From Thermomonas fusca DSM 15424 (GTDB lineage Bacteria; Pseudomonadota; Gammaproteobacteria; Xanthomonadales; Xanthomonadaceae), in contig NZ_AUIV01000002.1 of NCBI RefSeq assembly GCF_000423885.1, positions 1 through 32,000 of the forward strand: a DNA stretch of 32,000 bases, read 5' to 3'. The notes under the pieces were generated by a model. That model worked only from the letters and a program-made list of their open reading frames with translations, did not search any database and was not told the DNA's origin. The position numbers were made by a program, and so were the translations under genes. Numbering within the stretch: position 1 is the first letter of the stretch; each line of letters opens with the position of its first letter. Positions 8,751-16,741 of the stretch are shown one piece after another.

Positions 8751-8855
8751 TCTCCAATAGGAGTTCGGGGCGAACCTGCTGCTCATGGGTGCTGTCTGGG
8801 CAGGTACTGCATCAGCAGCACAGCGCCCCGCCGCGTGGGCGGGACGCTGCGGCGG

Positions 8856-9170
8856 TCACGCCGCCTGGGGCTTGCTGCGCGACCAGATCAGATCGTGCGT
8901 GCCGCCCTCGCCTTCGATCAGGCGGGCATAGACCGTGGCCGGGAACGAAGGATCGTCGAGGGTCACGGAGATGTACTCCCGCCCGGCCTCGCTGGTCTTC
9001 TTCCACGCCGCGCCGATGTCGTGGCCGGCGGCCTGCAGGCGGAAGTCCGGGGCCTTCTCGTTGTCCCCCTTGTCGTTGGGCACCAGCTTGACCTTGACGT
9101 TGAGCGTCAGGGTGCGAAGCGTGCCGGTGAAGCCGTCTTTGTCGGTGGCGAAGGTGCCGATGTTGGCCAT
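8856..9170 (-). CDS. DUF736 domain protein
   Basis: [32 protein letters not shown]...PDFRL is the DUF736 signature. AGGAG lies 7 nt upstream of ATG 9170. Confidence 0.85.
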   Translation of the reverse strand: MANIGTFATDKDGFTGTLRTLTLNVKVKLVPNDKGDNEKAPDFRLQAAGHDIGAAWKKTSEAGREYISVTLDDPSFPATVYARLIEGEGGTHDLIWSRSKPQAA

Positions 9171-9740
9171 GATGGATCTCCTTTCGGTTGAACAAGGTTC
9201 GCGCCCATCGCGTCCTTGTTGTGATCCGGCCGGCGGGGGACGGGCGGGCTGCACCGCTTGCGGCCGCAACGCTGTGGAGGGCCGGGAGGCGAAAAGAATT
9301 TGTCCCGCGAGGAATCTGCGCAGCAGAGGGGAAATTGTTTTCGCCGGACGGTTGCAGCCACGAAGCCCGAGGCGCAGCCGCGCCACCGCCAGGATTCACA
9401 ACGAGACAAGGATGCTTTGGGCCGAACCGCTCCGAAAGGAGATAGGGCCGGCTCGACATCCCCGCACGAATGCTTCTCCGGCTCGCACATTGACGCGGGC
9501 CAGGTCATTCCCCCAACGACAAGCGAGAACGCCCCTGCCGCACCTTGCGGCGCCGGTTTTGAGGCGTGGCGTGGAAGCTCCATAGCGATGCCGGGCGGGT
9601 TGTCCGTGAACCGTCCTTCGTGACGTGATGGGCAGGAACCGCCAGCGTCGAGGACGGTACGCATCCGCACAACCTGCCGGAGAAAGCGCCAGCGTGTTCA
9701 CCAGCACCCCGTCCCCTCGCCGCGGGGCGCTGGTCGGGCC

Positions 9741-9864
9741 GATCCAGCGCAGCCGGTTCGGCCGCATCGAGGGGCGCCAAGCTGTGCGCGGCGGGGATAG
9801 CCCGCAGGGCTTTCCCCTGGAGGCAAGTAGAGCGCGCAGCGCCGCAGGCGCGAAGGCGTGAGGG
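9741..9864 (-). repeat. Conserved about 120-nt leader block, copy A (homologous to 14741-14867)
   Basis: Near-identical core GGGGCGCCAAGC.TG.GCGCGGCGGGGATAG.CCGCAGGGCTTTCCCCTGGAGGCAAG, followed by a hairpin and GCGCGAAGGC. Confidence 0.6.
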
Positions 9865-10062
9865 ATTGGAGCCGAATGGCCGTGACGACAAAGACGGCAC
9901 GGGGCGCAGCCCGCAAAGCCCGGCGGTGCAAGGCACCGACACGCCCAGGAGCGTCGCAGCATCATTCTGCCATATGCGCAACAAATATATTTGGCGCACA
10001 AAACATCATTTTCATGCAAAAATATCGACCATCATGCACAACATAGCCAACTGAGGTGAATC

Positions 10063-10728
10063 ATGACCTTCCGAGCAGATGAAGCAGCACGCGCCGGGTA
10101 CGAGGAAGTGGAGAAGTACCTTGTCCCCCGTCCCCGGGACGCCGATGAGGCCCAGCGGGCGCGAAGCAGGAGGGCGCTAGAGGACATAGCTGACGGGCTG
10201 GGGCCAGTCGTTGACCGATACCCTTCGTGGCATCCGCTGGTGCGCAATCACGATAGCCGCCATCCCGTCACCGTCCCCAGCGATCGTTGCGGCTACAAGG
10301 GGCTGGATCACACGAGGTTCTTCGTCAACGGATTCATCACCTGCCCGTATGGTGATGGCCAAGAGGTTTTAGATTCCGTTCTGGCACTTCCCCGCCACCA
10401 CGCGGCCTACATCACGGCGGAAAAGCTGGATGTGCAGTTCTACAACCCGCAGACGACGCCCATTCTGGTCAAGTGTCATTGGGAAGAACTTTTCCCAGAC
10501 CACATGATTCCGCTGTCTGTCGCTGTCCCCCTGCTTCTGGAGAAGGAAGTCCCCTGCTGGACGTGGTCGCAAGTCGCCGAGACCTGGGAGTCGATGCGCT
10601 CGTATTTCCTGGGTGCGCCTCACGGTGCCCGGTCATCGCTGTTCGTAAGCCAGGAAACTGGACAAGGCATCAAAAAGGTCTGGGAGACGCTGATCTACAC
10701 AGGGATGTTTGGCCCGATCAAGGTGTGA
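10063..10728 (+). CDS. Hypothetical protein (221 aa), no family recognised
   Basis: Clean ORF with GAGGTGA 5 nt upstream of the ATG, an AT-rich promoter-like region upstream and a strong terminator downstream. Its orientation is opposite to the ICE backbone. Confidence 0.6.
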   Translation: MTFRADEAARAGYEEVEKYLVPRPRDADEAQRARSRRALEDIADGLGPVVDRYPSWHPLVRNHDSRHPVTVPSDRCGYKGLDHTRFFVNGFITCPYGDGQEVLDSVLALPRHHAAYITAEKLDVQFYNPQTTPILVKCHWEELFPDHMIPLSVAVPLLLEKEVPCWTWSQVAETWESMRSYFLGAPHGARSSLFVSQETGQGIKKVWETLIYTGMFGPIKV

Positions 10729-10820
10729 TGGACGCAACGAGGCATCTCAAGTGATACGCCAACGCCGCCTGCGCATAAGCGTAGGCAGCGGCGTTCTCGT
10801 TCGGCTGTTGGCCTTGAACA

Positions 10821-10852
10821 CCGGGCGCGGCCACTGCCGCGCCCGGATTTTT
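10821..10852 (+). terminator. Rho-independent terminator of 10063..10728
   Basis: Perfect 11-bp stem CCGGGCGCGGC / GCCGCGCCCGG with loop CACT, followed by ATTTTT. Confidence 0.75.
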
Positions 10853-10902
10853 GCGCCCACCGCGCCCAGGACGGAGCGGCCTGGGCGCGGTGCTGATCGC
10901 GG

Positions 10903-11082
10903 CTATTCCTTCGTCTCGATGATCCACCACACGGCCCGCGCCAAGGCGCAGCCCGTGACGGGGTGAATGTCGGTGAGGTCGGCGTATGCCGTCCAGCCCG
11001 AGGGCGGACGATAGCCGCACACGTCGCCTTCGCCGTGCCAGCGGCGGGCGCGTACCGTGCCGGGGGCGTAGATCGCCGCCAT
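10903..11082 (-). CDS. Possible small protein (59 aa) downstream of the ParB-like gene
   Basis: ORF MAAIYAPGTVRARRWHGEGDVCGYRPPSGW... Its composition is less Arg/Ala-biased than the surrounding spurious frames. There is no convincing RBS. Confidence 0.3.
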   Translation of the reverse strand: MAAIYAPGTVRARRWHGEGDVCGYRPPSGWTAYADLTDIHPVTGCALARAVWWIIETKE

Positions 11083-11170
11083 GCGCGGGCGGCTGGTGGT
11101 GGTGTGGGTGGCGGTTCTCCTTCTAGCGAAGCGCCTCGGTCGGGGCCGGGGCGCTTCCCTTCGGCGCGGG

Positions 11171-13246
11171 TCAAGCGGCCAGCGCCTCGGCGGGTTCATC
11201 CGCCATTGCTTCTGCATCCTCCGGGGCGTCCTGCTCCGGGCCTTCTTCCTGCGCGCCTTGCTGCGTTGCCTGCTGCGGACCTGCGACCTTGAAGATGGCG
11301 GGCATCCACCCCGTGCCATCCGCCAGCCGTTCGGCTTCGCTGGCAATGTCGGCCTTCTTGAGCTTCGCCAGCCGGTTGACCTGCTCGGGCGCGTACTCGC
11401 CCACGGCATCCAGAATCACGGCCTTGGAAACGTGCTTGAAGTAGCCTTCTGCGGTTGGCTTCCACCATGCGGCCATATCGAGGCCCACGGCCTGCGCCAG
11501 TTCCTCGCCGCGTTGGTGCGTCGTGGCGCGGGGCGTCACCACGTCCACCGTTGCGGCAACGCATACCGCCAGCAGGCGTACCAGCTCGTCTTGCGGCTTC
11601 GCCAGCAGCACGGCGAACAGTTCGGCGCTGTCCTCCGGCAAGCCTTCACCGGCCACCTGTTGCAGTTCGCGCAGCGCCACGGCGGCAAGCGATTGCGGCC
11701 AGTCCGGGGCCATGCCTTCCAGTCGGTCTTGCACCGTGAGGCGCACGCCCAGCGGCAGATTGTGGCCGTAATGGCTCCCCTGCAAGACAGTCTGCACCAT
11801 GCCATGCACCACGGCAGCCAGCGCCGCTTGCGGATGCCGGGCCACTTCGATTTGCAGCGCGGCGGTGCGATGGGCGCTCAACCGTTGCGCCAGCCGGTCG
11901 GACATGGCTGCGGTCTTGGGCTGACTGTCGTCGTCTCCGTCCTCGCCTTCGTCATCGTTATCGGCATCCTCGCCGCCGGAACCTTGCCGCAGCCGTTCCA
12001 GCGTGCGCAATGCCTTGGCCTCAGCCTCGCGCATCAGGCCGCGATGAATGACGGCCTCGCCATTACGGTCGATGGTGACGATGGCACCGGCTGCAGCCTT
12101 CACGTTCGAGCCGTAGCCTTGCAAACTATCTTCCAGCGCCTGCAACTGCTCGCCCAGGGCTTCGCCTTCCTCCTGCAAGGCGTCGGCCTTATCCTCGTCG
12201 TCGGCATCCATCGCCGCATCCACGGCTTCACCGATGGCCCGCATCTTCTCCTGCAGCCGCTCGATGCGCTGCGCCTCGCGCTTGGACGGCTCGCGCCGTT
12301 CCCTCGGTGCGCGCTGGAAGACGTGCAGGTCGGCATGGGTCACGCCCGGCGTGGCATCCACCCAGGCCCAGCCCTCGGCCTTCACCTCGGCGGCAATGCC
12401 CGCCAGCCGGTCTTGTGCCAGCTTGTCCAGCAGCGCGGAATCGATCAGATACACGCCCGCGTCACCTTCCGCGAACAGGTCACGGCGCACGCCACCGCCT
12501 GCGGCTTCGTAGGTATCCAGTCCCACGAATCGCACCAGCGGGTGCCGGTTCGCGTCAATCTCGCGCTCGGTGAGGCGTTCGCGCAAGTTGGACGGGTGCC
12601 GCTGCCAAGTCGGCGCATCGTAGAACGCGCTTTCCTGCGCGGCGTGGTCGTCGGTGATGGCAAGGGCCATCAATTGATCGAGTGTGACGGCATCGGCGCG
12701 ATAGTCGGCCATCAGGCGCGGCGAGACGTTCGCCAGCTTCAAGCGGCGCTGCACCACCAGCGGCGTCACGCTGAAATCCGCCGCAATGTCCTCGATGGGC
12801 CGACCTTCGGCCACCAGCGCGGCGAACGCCTCGAACTGGTCTGCCGCGTGCATGGCTTCGCGCTGCACGTTCTCGGTGAGGCTGGCGGTACGGGCGGTGC
12901 CATCGGCTACCAGCAGGCAAGGCACCTCCCAATCTTTGGCGATGCGGTGCTTCTTTGCCAGTAGCTTGAGGGCTGCGAAGCGACGGCCACCTGCCACGAC
13001 TTCGTAATGCTCGCCATCGGCGGCGGCGATTACGATCAGGTTTTGCAGCAAGCCCACGCGCTGAATGGACGCGGTCAGTTCGGGGATGGACATGCGCGGG
13101 GTCTTGCGCACGTTGCGCCCCGTGGGGCGCAGCACCAGCCGCGACAGGGGAACCAGAATCAGGTTCTTGCTCGGGTCGGCGGCTTCCAGCGGAATAGCGG
13201 CGGCGGTGTTGATGGCGCGGGCTTCGGTTTGGGTAATGGCGTTCAT
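11171..13246 (-). CDS. ParB/Spo0J-family N-terminal domain protein with long acidic C-terminal extension (691 aa)
   Basis: Has LVLRPTGRNVRKT...IQRVGLLQNLIV...YEVVAGGRRFAALKLL (ParB box) and TENVQRE. GGAG lies upstream of ATG 13246. Confidence 0.85.
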   Translation of the reverse strand: MNAITQTEARAINTAAAIPLEAADPSKNLILVPLSRLVLRPTGRNVRKTPRMSIPELTASIQRVGLLQNLIVIAAADGEHYEVVAGGRRFAALKLLAKKHRIAKDWEVPCLLVADGTARTASLTENVQREAMHAADQFEAFAALVAEGRPIEDIAADFSVTPLVVQRRLKLANVSPRLMADYRADAVTLDQLMALAITDDHAAQESAFYDAPTWQRHPSNLRERLTEREIDANRHPLVRFVGLDTYEAAGGGVRRDLFAEGDAGVYLIDSALLDKLAQDRLAGIAAEVKAEGWAWVDATPGVTHADLHVFQRAPRERREPSKREAQRIERLQEKMRAIGEAVDAAMDADDEDKADALQEEGEALGEQLQALEDSLQGYGSNVKAAAGAIVTIDRNGEAVIHRGLMREAEAKALRTLERLRQGSGGEDADNDDEGEDGDDDSQPKTAAMSDRLAQRLSAHRTAALQIEVARHPQAALAAVVHGMVQTVLQGSHYGHNLPLGVRLTVQDRLEGMAPDWPQSLAAVALRELQQVAGEGLPEDSAELFAVLLAKPQDELVRLLAVCVAATVDVVTPRATTHQRGEELAQAVGLDMAAWWKPTAEGYFKHVSKAVILDAVGEYAPEQVNRLAKLKKADIASEAERLADGTGWMPAIFKVAGPQQATQQGAQEEGPEQDAPEDAEAMADEPAEALAA

Positions 13247-13310
13247 GGTGTATCTCCAATCGAATGAAACAAGGAATGGAGGGGAAACCGCCCCTCCGGC
13301 GGGGGACGGA

Positions 13311-14138
13311 TCAGGCTTTGAGGGCGCGCATGCCATCGGCCAGCAGCCACAGGGCGCGGTTCAGACGGATGTTTTGGTCAATGCCCTGCACCGGGCGCGT
13401 GCTCTGCCTGCGGCCATTCGCGGCGCGGCCATGCAATCCGCCCTTGGTCAAGTTTTCCTGCGTGCGGTTGAACACGCTCCACAGGTCGGGGCGACGGTCG
13501 TCGAACCGGCGCGGCATCAGGATTTGCGATTCGGTGATGGGCGCAGGCTTGTCCGGGTCGTCGTACTTGAGGGACAGCGCGGCGCGGGCGAACACTTCGG
13601 ATTCGCCATCGTCCAGCGTGATGCCGCGCATCAGGTCGCGCGATGCCTTCACCTGCTCGAAGCCGCCCAACACTTGATAAGCGCCTTCGATGACGTGTCC
13701 GGCCACGTCGCCTTTGTGGGGCACGCGCACATCGGCCACGGTGTCGCCGCAGACAAGGCCATTGCTGCAAACGAAACGGAACATCCCGGCCAGCATCTGA
13801 TAGCTGCTCGTCCCGTCATGGGAATTCAGGAGGACGATTTCATTGGCTTCCGCGCCGTTGATCTGGCTGGCGTGGCGCAGGCGCAGCATGTGTTTCGTGT
13901 GCTCGCGCTTGCCTTCATCGCGCACGCGGGTCTGCGTCACCATGAAAGGCTGGAAGCCTTCTTTGCGCAGTTCGGTCAGCACGGCGGCGGTGGGGATGTA
14001 GCTGTACCGCTCGGAACGGCTCTCATGTGGGGCGTCCGCGAAGATGGACGGGGCCACGCGGCGGATTTGGTCATCGGACAGCGGGGAGTCGCTGCGCAGC
14101 GACGGGGAGCGGGAAGCGAAACGGGATGCGAGTTGCAT
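13311..14138 (-). CDS. DUF932 domain protein
   Basis: Has YSYIPTAAVLTELRKEGFQPF.V.Q...., LLNSHDGTSSYQMLAGMFRFVCSNGLV, and a GGAGA RBS before ATG 14138. Confidence 0.85.
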   Translation of the reverse strand: MQLASRFASRSPSLRSDSPLSDDQIRRVAPSIFADAPHESRSERYSYIPTAAVLTELRKEGFQPFMVTQTRVRDEGKREHTKHMLRLRHASQINGAEANEIVLLNSHDGTSSYQMLAGMFRFVCSNGLVCGDTVADVRVPHKGDVAGHVIEGAYQVLGGFEQVKASRDLMRGITLDDGESEVFARAALSLKYDDPDKPAPITESQILMPRRFDDRRPDLWSVFNRTQENLTKGGLHGRAANGRRQSTRPVQGIDQNIRLNRALWLLADGMRALKA

Positions 14139-14329
14139 GATCTTTCTCCTGACAAAAAAGGGGGTTGCTGTTCACACCGCACACCGGATTCCAAGATTCG
14201 GAGCCCAGCCTTTCGGCTGTTCGGTGCGGTCGGCACGAAGAACCCGGTTGGCCTCGTTGCCACCGTCTTTCCTGAGTTCATCGCCCGCGACGGTCAGGAG
14301 CGCGCGGACGGGGGCCGTCAAGGAAACAA

Positions 14330-14867
14330 GCGCAGGGTGGGTGCGGCCCGCAGGCGCAGCCGAGGACACGGCCCTGCGCGCCTTGACGGCACATGGCCGC
14401 GGGCTACAGTCGCGAGCAAGGTGATGGAGTCAGGGGAGACGGCTGAACAGGCAACGGCCATCCTGTGCGCCGACCGCATGGCAAGCGAAGCGCGCAGGCC
14501 CGGATCTGGAAGCCGGGCCGGAGACGTCAGCCGAGCGGAGCGAGGGAACGATGGAAGCCCGACATGGGGCGAGACGCCGCAGGTGGCTCGATGCGCAGCA
14601 CGACAGCGCGACCGGCCATGTTTCTTGGCCGGGGACGCCCAGACTGCAATCCTCAACGAACACCACGCCCAGGACGGCCCTCATGCGCAAAGCATCGAGG
14701 AGCGGCCTCTGCTGCTGGAACTGCGATTGGTATATGGCCGATCCGGCGCATCCGGTTCGGCGGTCTTTGAGGGGCGCCAAGCCTGCGCGGCGGGGATAGG
14801 CCGCAGGGCTTTCCCCTGGAGGCAAGCGAAGCGCGGAGCGCCCCGTCAGGGGCGCGAAGGCTTCAGG
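14330..14867 (-). repeat. Structured leader element copy B (upstream of DUF932). 14330-14640 is homologous to copies C/D and 14741-14867 to copy A.
   Basis: Shared blocks ..CCTTGACGGC.., ..GCAAGCG.AGCGCGCAGGCC..CCGGAG.CGTCAGC.., ..GGCTCGATGCG.AG.ACGACAGCGCG..GGACGCCC, with hairpins of differing sequence at equivalent positions. Confidence 0.55.
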
Positions 14868-15141
14868 CCGAGTCGTCAGGACGCAGGGTGGATTCCGAAA
14901 CCGGCATCCACGGCGAGCACGAGTTCAGCAGATAGCGCGCGCCGCGCGCGTACAGCCCCGAAGGTTCGGCAGGTCGGTAGAACCCGGTAACGCGGCGCCG
15001 GAACTGCAAGCCGGCATCGTTCGTGTAAATCACCGCGTCGCCGATCTTGAAGCGCAAAGGCTGGCCGTTCTCCGGCGCGAATGGCTTGAGTTCATCGTGC
15101 TGCGCTGTGATTTCAATGATGTAGTCGTGATGGCTGCTCAT
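14863..15141 (-). CDS. Hypothetical ICE backbone protein (92 aa)
   Basis: Starts MSSHHDYIIEITAQHDELKPF.. with AGGAAA upstream of ATG 15141. Non-biased composition. Confidence 0.55.
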   Translation of the reverse strand: MSSHHDYIIEITAQHDELKPFAPENGQPLRFKIGDAVIYTNDAGLQFRRRVTGFYRPAEPSGLYARGARYLLNSCSPWMPVSESTLRPDDSA

Positions 15142-15206
15142 GGCATTGATTTCCTGTAACGGTTGAGAAAGTGCAAGGAGCGCCTTGCGGCGCTCCAAGG
15201 GCCGGG

Positions 15207-15557
15207 TCAAACGACGACCCGCCCAGCCAGGCGCGCATCGCGCGCATAGGCGCTCAAGCGCTTCTCGGCGCCGAACGACAGGTCACGCTCAATCGGCAGG
15301 CCCAGCCCACCGCGCACAGTCGCCAACTCGCCCAGGCTGACCCAGCCAAGTTCCTGCATCCCCAAGCCCAGGTCGCATAAGCCGAAGGCGTGATCGTGGT
15401 CGTCGGGATCAATCTCGGTCAGCAGCCAGGTCGCGCCGGCGTCCGGCGTGAAAAGCTTGACTACGGGCTCCGGATCGAAGTCCGGGTTTTGCAAGGATTC
15501 GCGGCCATTGGCCAGCAGCATCACGCGCTGCTCATCGGTGATGAGTGCGTTGTTCAT
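15207..15557 (-). CDS. DUF2958 domain protein (paralogue 2)
   Basis: Has VVKLFTPDAGATWLLTEIDPDD.DHAFGLCDLGLGMQELGWVSLGEL, and GGAG 7 nt upstream of the ATG. Confidence 0.85.
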   Translation of the reverse strand: MNNALITDEQRVMLLANGRESLQNPDFDPEPVVKLFTPDAGATWLLTEIDPDDHDHAFGLCDLGLGMQELGWVSLGELATVRGGLGLPIERDLSFGAEKRLSAYARDARLAGRVVV

Positions 15558-15579
15558 GGTGAACTCCTGAAGATTGCCG

Positions 15580-15792
15580 GGCGGAATTGCCCGTCACCTC
15601 CGGGTCACGGCGCAGCGCAAGCGGTCAGGGGTCGAAGACGGCCGGAGGCCGCCAGCGTGCTTGCACGCGCAGCCCTTGACGGCGAGAACGCCGTGGCACG
15701 ATGAAGGGAACAGCAAGACCGCCCCACCCCACCACCCACGCAGACCTGCCTTCGGCAAGTGCGCAGCACGCGCAGGCCCGCGAGGGCCGGAG
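15580..15792 (-). repeat. Structured leader element copy C (upstream of DUF2958 paralogue 2)
   Basis: About 200 nt collinear with 16366-16568, running from GGCGGAATTGCC to GGCCGGAG. Confidence 0.55.
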
Positions 15793-15811
15793 TTGCACCG
15801 CTGGGCGGAGC

Positions 15812-15834
15812 AAAAAAAGGGGGCCGAAGCCCCC
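15812..15834 (-). terminator. Rho-independent terminator of radC
   Basis: On the minus strand: GGGGGC-TTCG-GCCCCC followed by TTTTTTT, starting 4 nt after the radC stop. Confidence 0.8.
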
Positions 15835-15838
15835 GTGG

Positions 15839-16345
15839 TCAGAGCAGGCCACATTCGGCGAATGACGTAGTGACTGCGCCACCCACGACGATGTGATCCA
15901 GCGTGCGCACGTCCACCAGCGCCAGGGCCTCCTTGAGGCGCTGGGTCAGTACCCTGTCGGCCTGGCTCGGCTCGGGACTCCCGCTCGGATGATTGTGCGA
16001 AAAGACCACCGCTGCCGCGTTGAGCCGCAGGGCCTCCTTCACCACCTCGCGCGGATACACCGATGCCTGGTCGATGGTGCCGCGGAACAGTTCCACATAC
16101 TCGATCAGCCGATGCTGGCTGTCGAGGAACAGCGCCGCGAAGACTTCGTGCCCGAAGCTGGCCAGCTTGGTGCGCAGGTAGTCCTTGACCAGCGCCGGCG
16201 AAGTGAACAGCGTTCCGCGTGGGTTCTTCAGATCGATGACCTGGCGTGCCGCCGCCAGAATCTGGTCCGCCGACGCCTGCAGGTAACGGCCCTGCGCGTC
16301 ACGCACCAGCAGCGAAGAATCGAGAGACAGAGAAAGTTGCGACAT
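15839..16345 (-). CDS. radC: RadC-like JAB/MPN domain protein
   Basis: Has EVFAALFLDSQHRLI....LFRGT...SVYPREVVKEAL..NAAAVVFSHNHPSG.PEPS.AD, a JAMM motif. Confidence 0.9.
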   Translation of the reverse strand: MSQLSLSLDSSLLVRDAQGRYLQASADQILAAARQVIDLKNPRGTLFTSPALVKDYLRTKLASFGHEVFAALFLDSQHRLIEYVELFRGTIDQASVYPREVVKEALRLNAAAVVFSHNHPSGSPEPSQADRVLTQRLKEALALVDVRTLDHIVVGGAVTTSFAECGLL

Positions 16346-16365
16346 GATCGTGCTCCGGTTGCTCA

Positions 16366-16653
16366 GGCGGAATTGCCTGGAACCGGCCGCAACACGGCGC
16401 AGCGCAAGCCGTCACAGGGTCGAAGACGGCTACGGCCGCAAGCGCCAAAGGCGCGCAGCCCTTGACGGCGAGAACGCCGTGATACGGTGAAGGGAACAGC
16501 AAGACCGCCCTCCCCGCCCACGCTGACTGACTGGGCAAGCGGAGCGCGCAGGCCTGACCAGGCCGGAGGCGTCAGCGATGGACGCCCGTAGGGGCGAGAT
16601 GCCAAGAGCGGCTCGATGCGAAGTACGACAGCGCGTCCCGTTCGGGGACGCCC
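16366..16653 (-). repeat. Structured leader element copy D (upstream of radC)
   Basis: 16366-16568 is collinear with copy C, and 16543-16653 is collinear with copy B (14481-14640). Confidence 0.55.
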
Positions 16654-16741
16654 TGAAATCGGGTATCTTTAGAGCCAACAGATTCCCGAATTGGGTCTCG
16701 CCCGGTCTGATAGTCAGAACACCGCAATTGCGAGGAAAGGC

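Noticed and set aside
9107-10019. Several 60-215-aa ORFs on both strands in the region upstream of DUF736
   Set aside because: They are mutually overlapping, Arg/Pro/Ala/Gly-rich and lack RBSs. The region carries conserved hairpin blocks shared with other leaders, so I treat it as non-coding.
11081-12964. 627-aa plus-strand ORF
   Set aside because: It is antisense to the ParB-like gene, has a low-complexity Arg/Leu/Gly/His composition and no recognisable motifs. It is a GC-driven open frame.
9741-14867. The two copies of the 120-nt block start exactly 5000 nt apart (9741 and 14741)
   Set aside because: This is a numerical coincidence with no periodicity elsewhere. The intervening sequence is unique genes, not a tandem or composite repeat.
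13065-14990. 641-aa plus-strand ORF spanning the DUF932 antisense strand and the 14.1-14.9 kb leader
   Set aside because: No RBS, biased composition, and it overlaps a well-supported gene on the other strand. The leader part is better explained as structured non-coding sequence.
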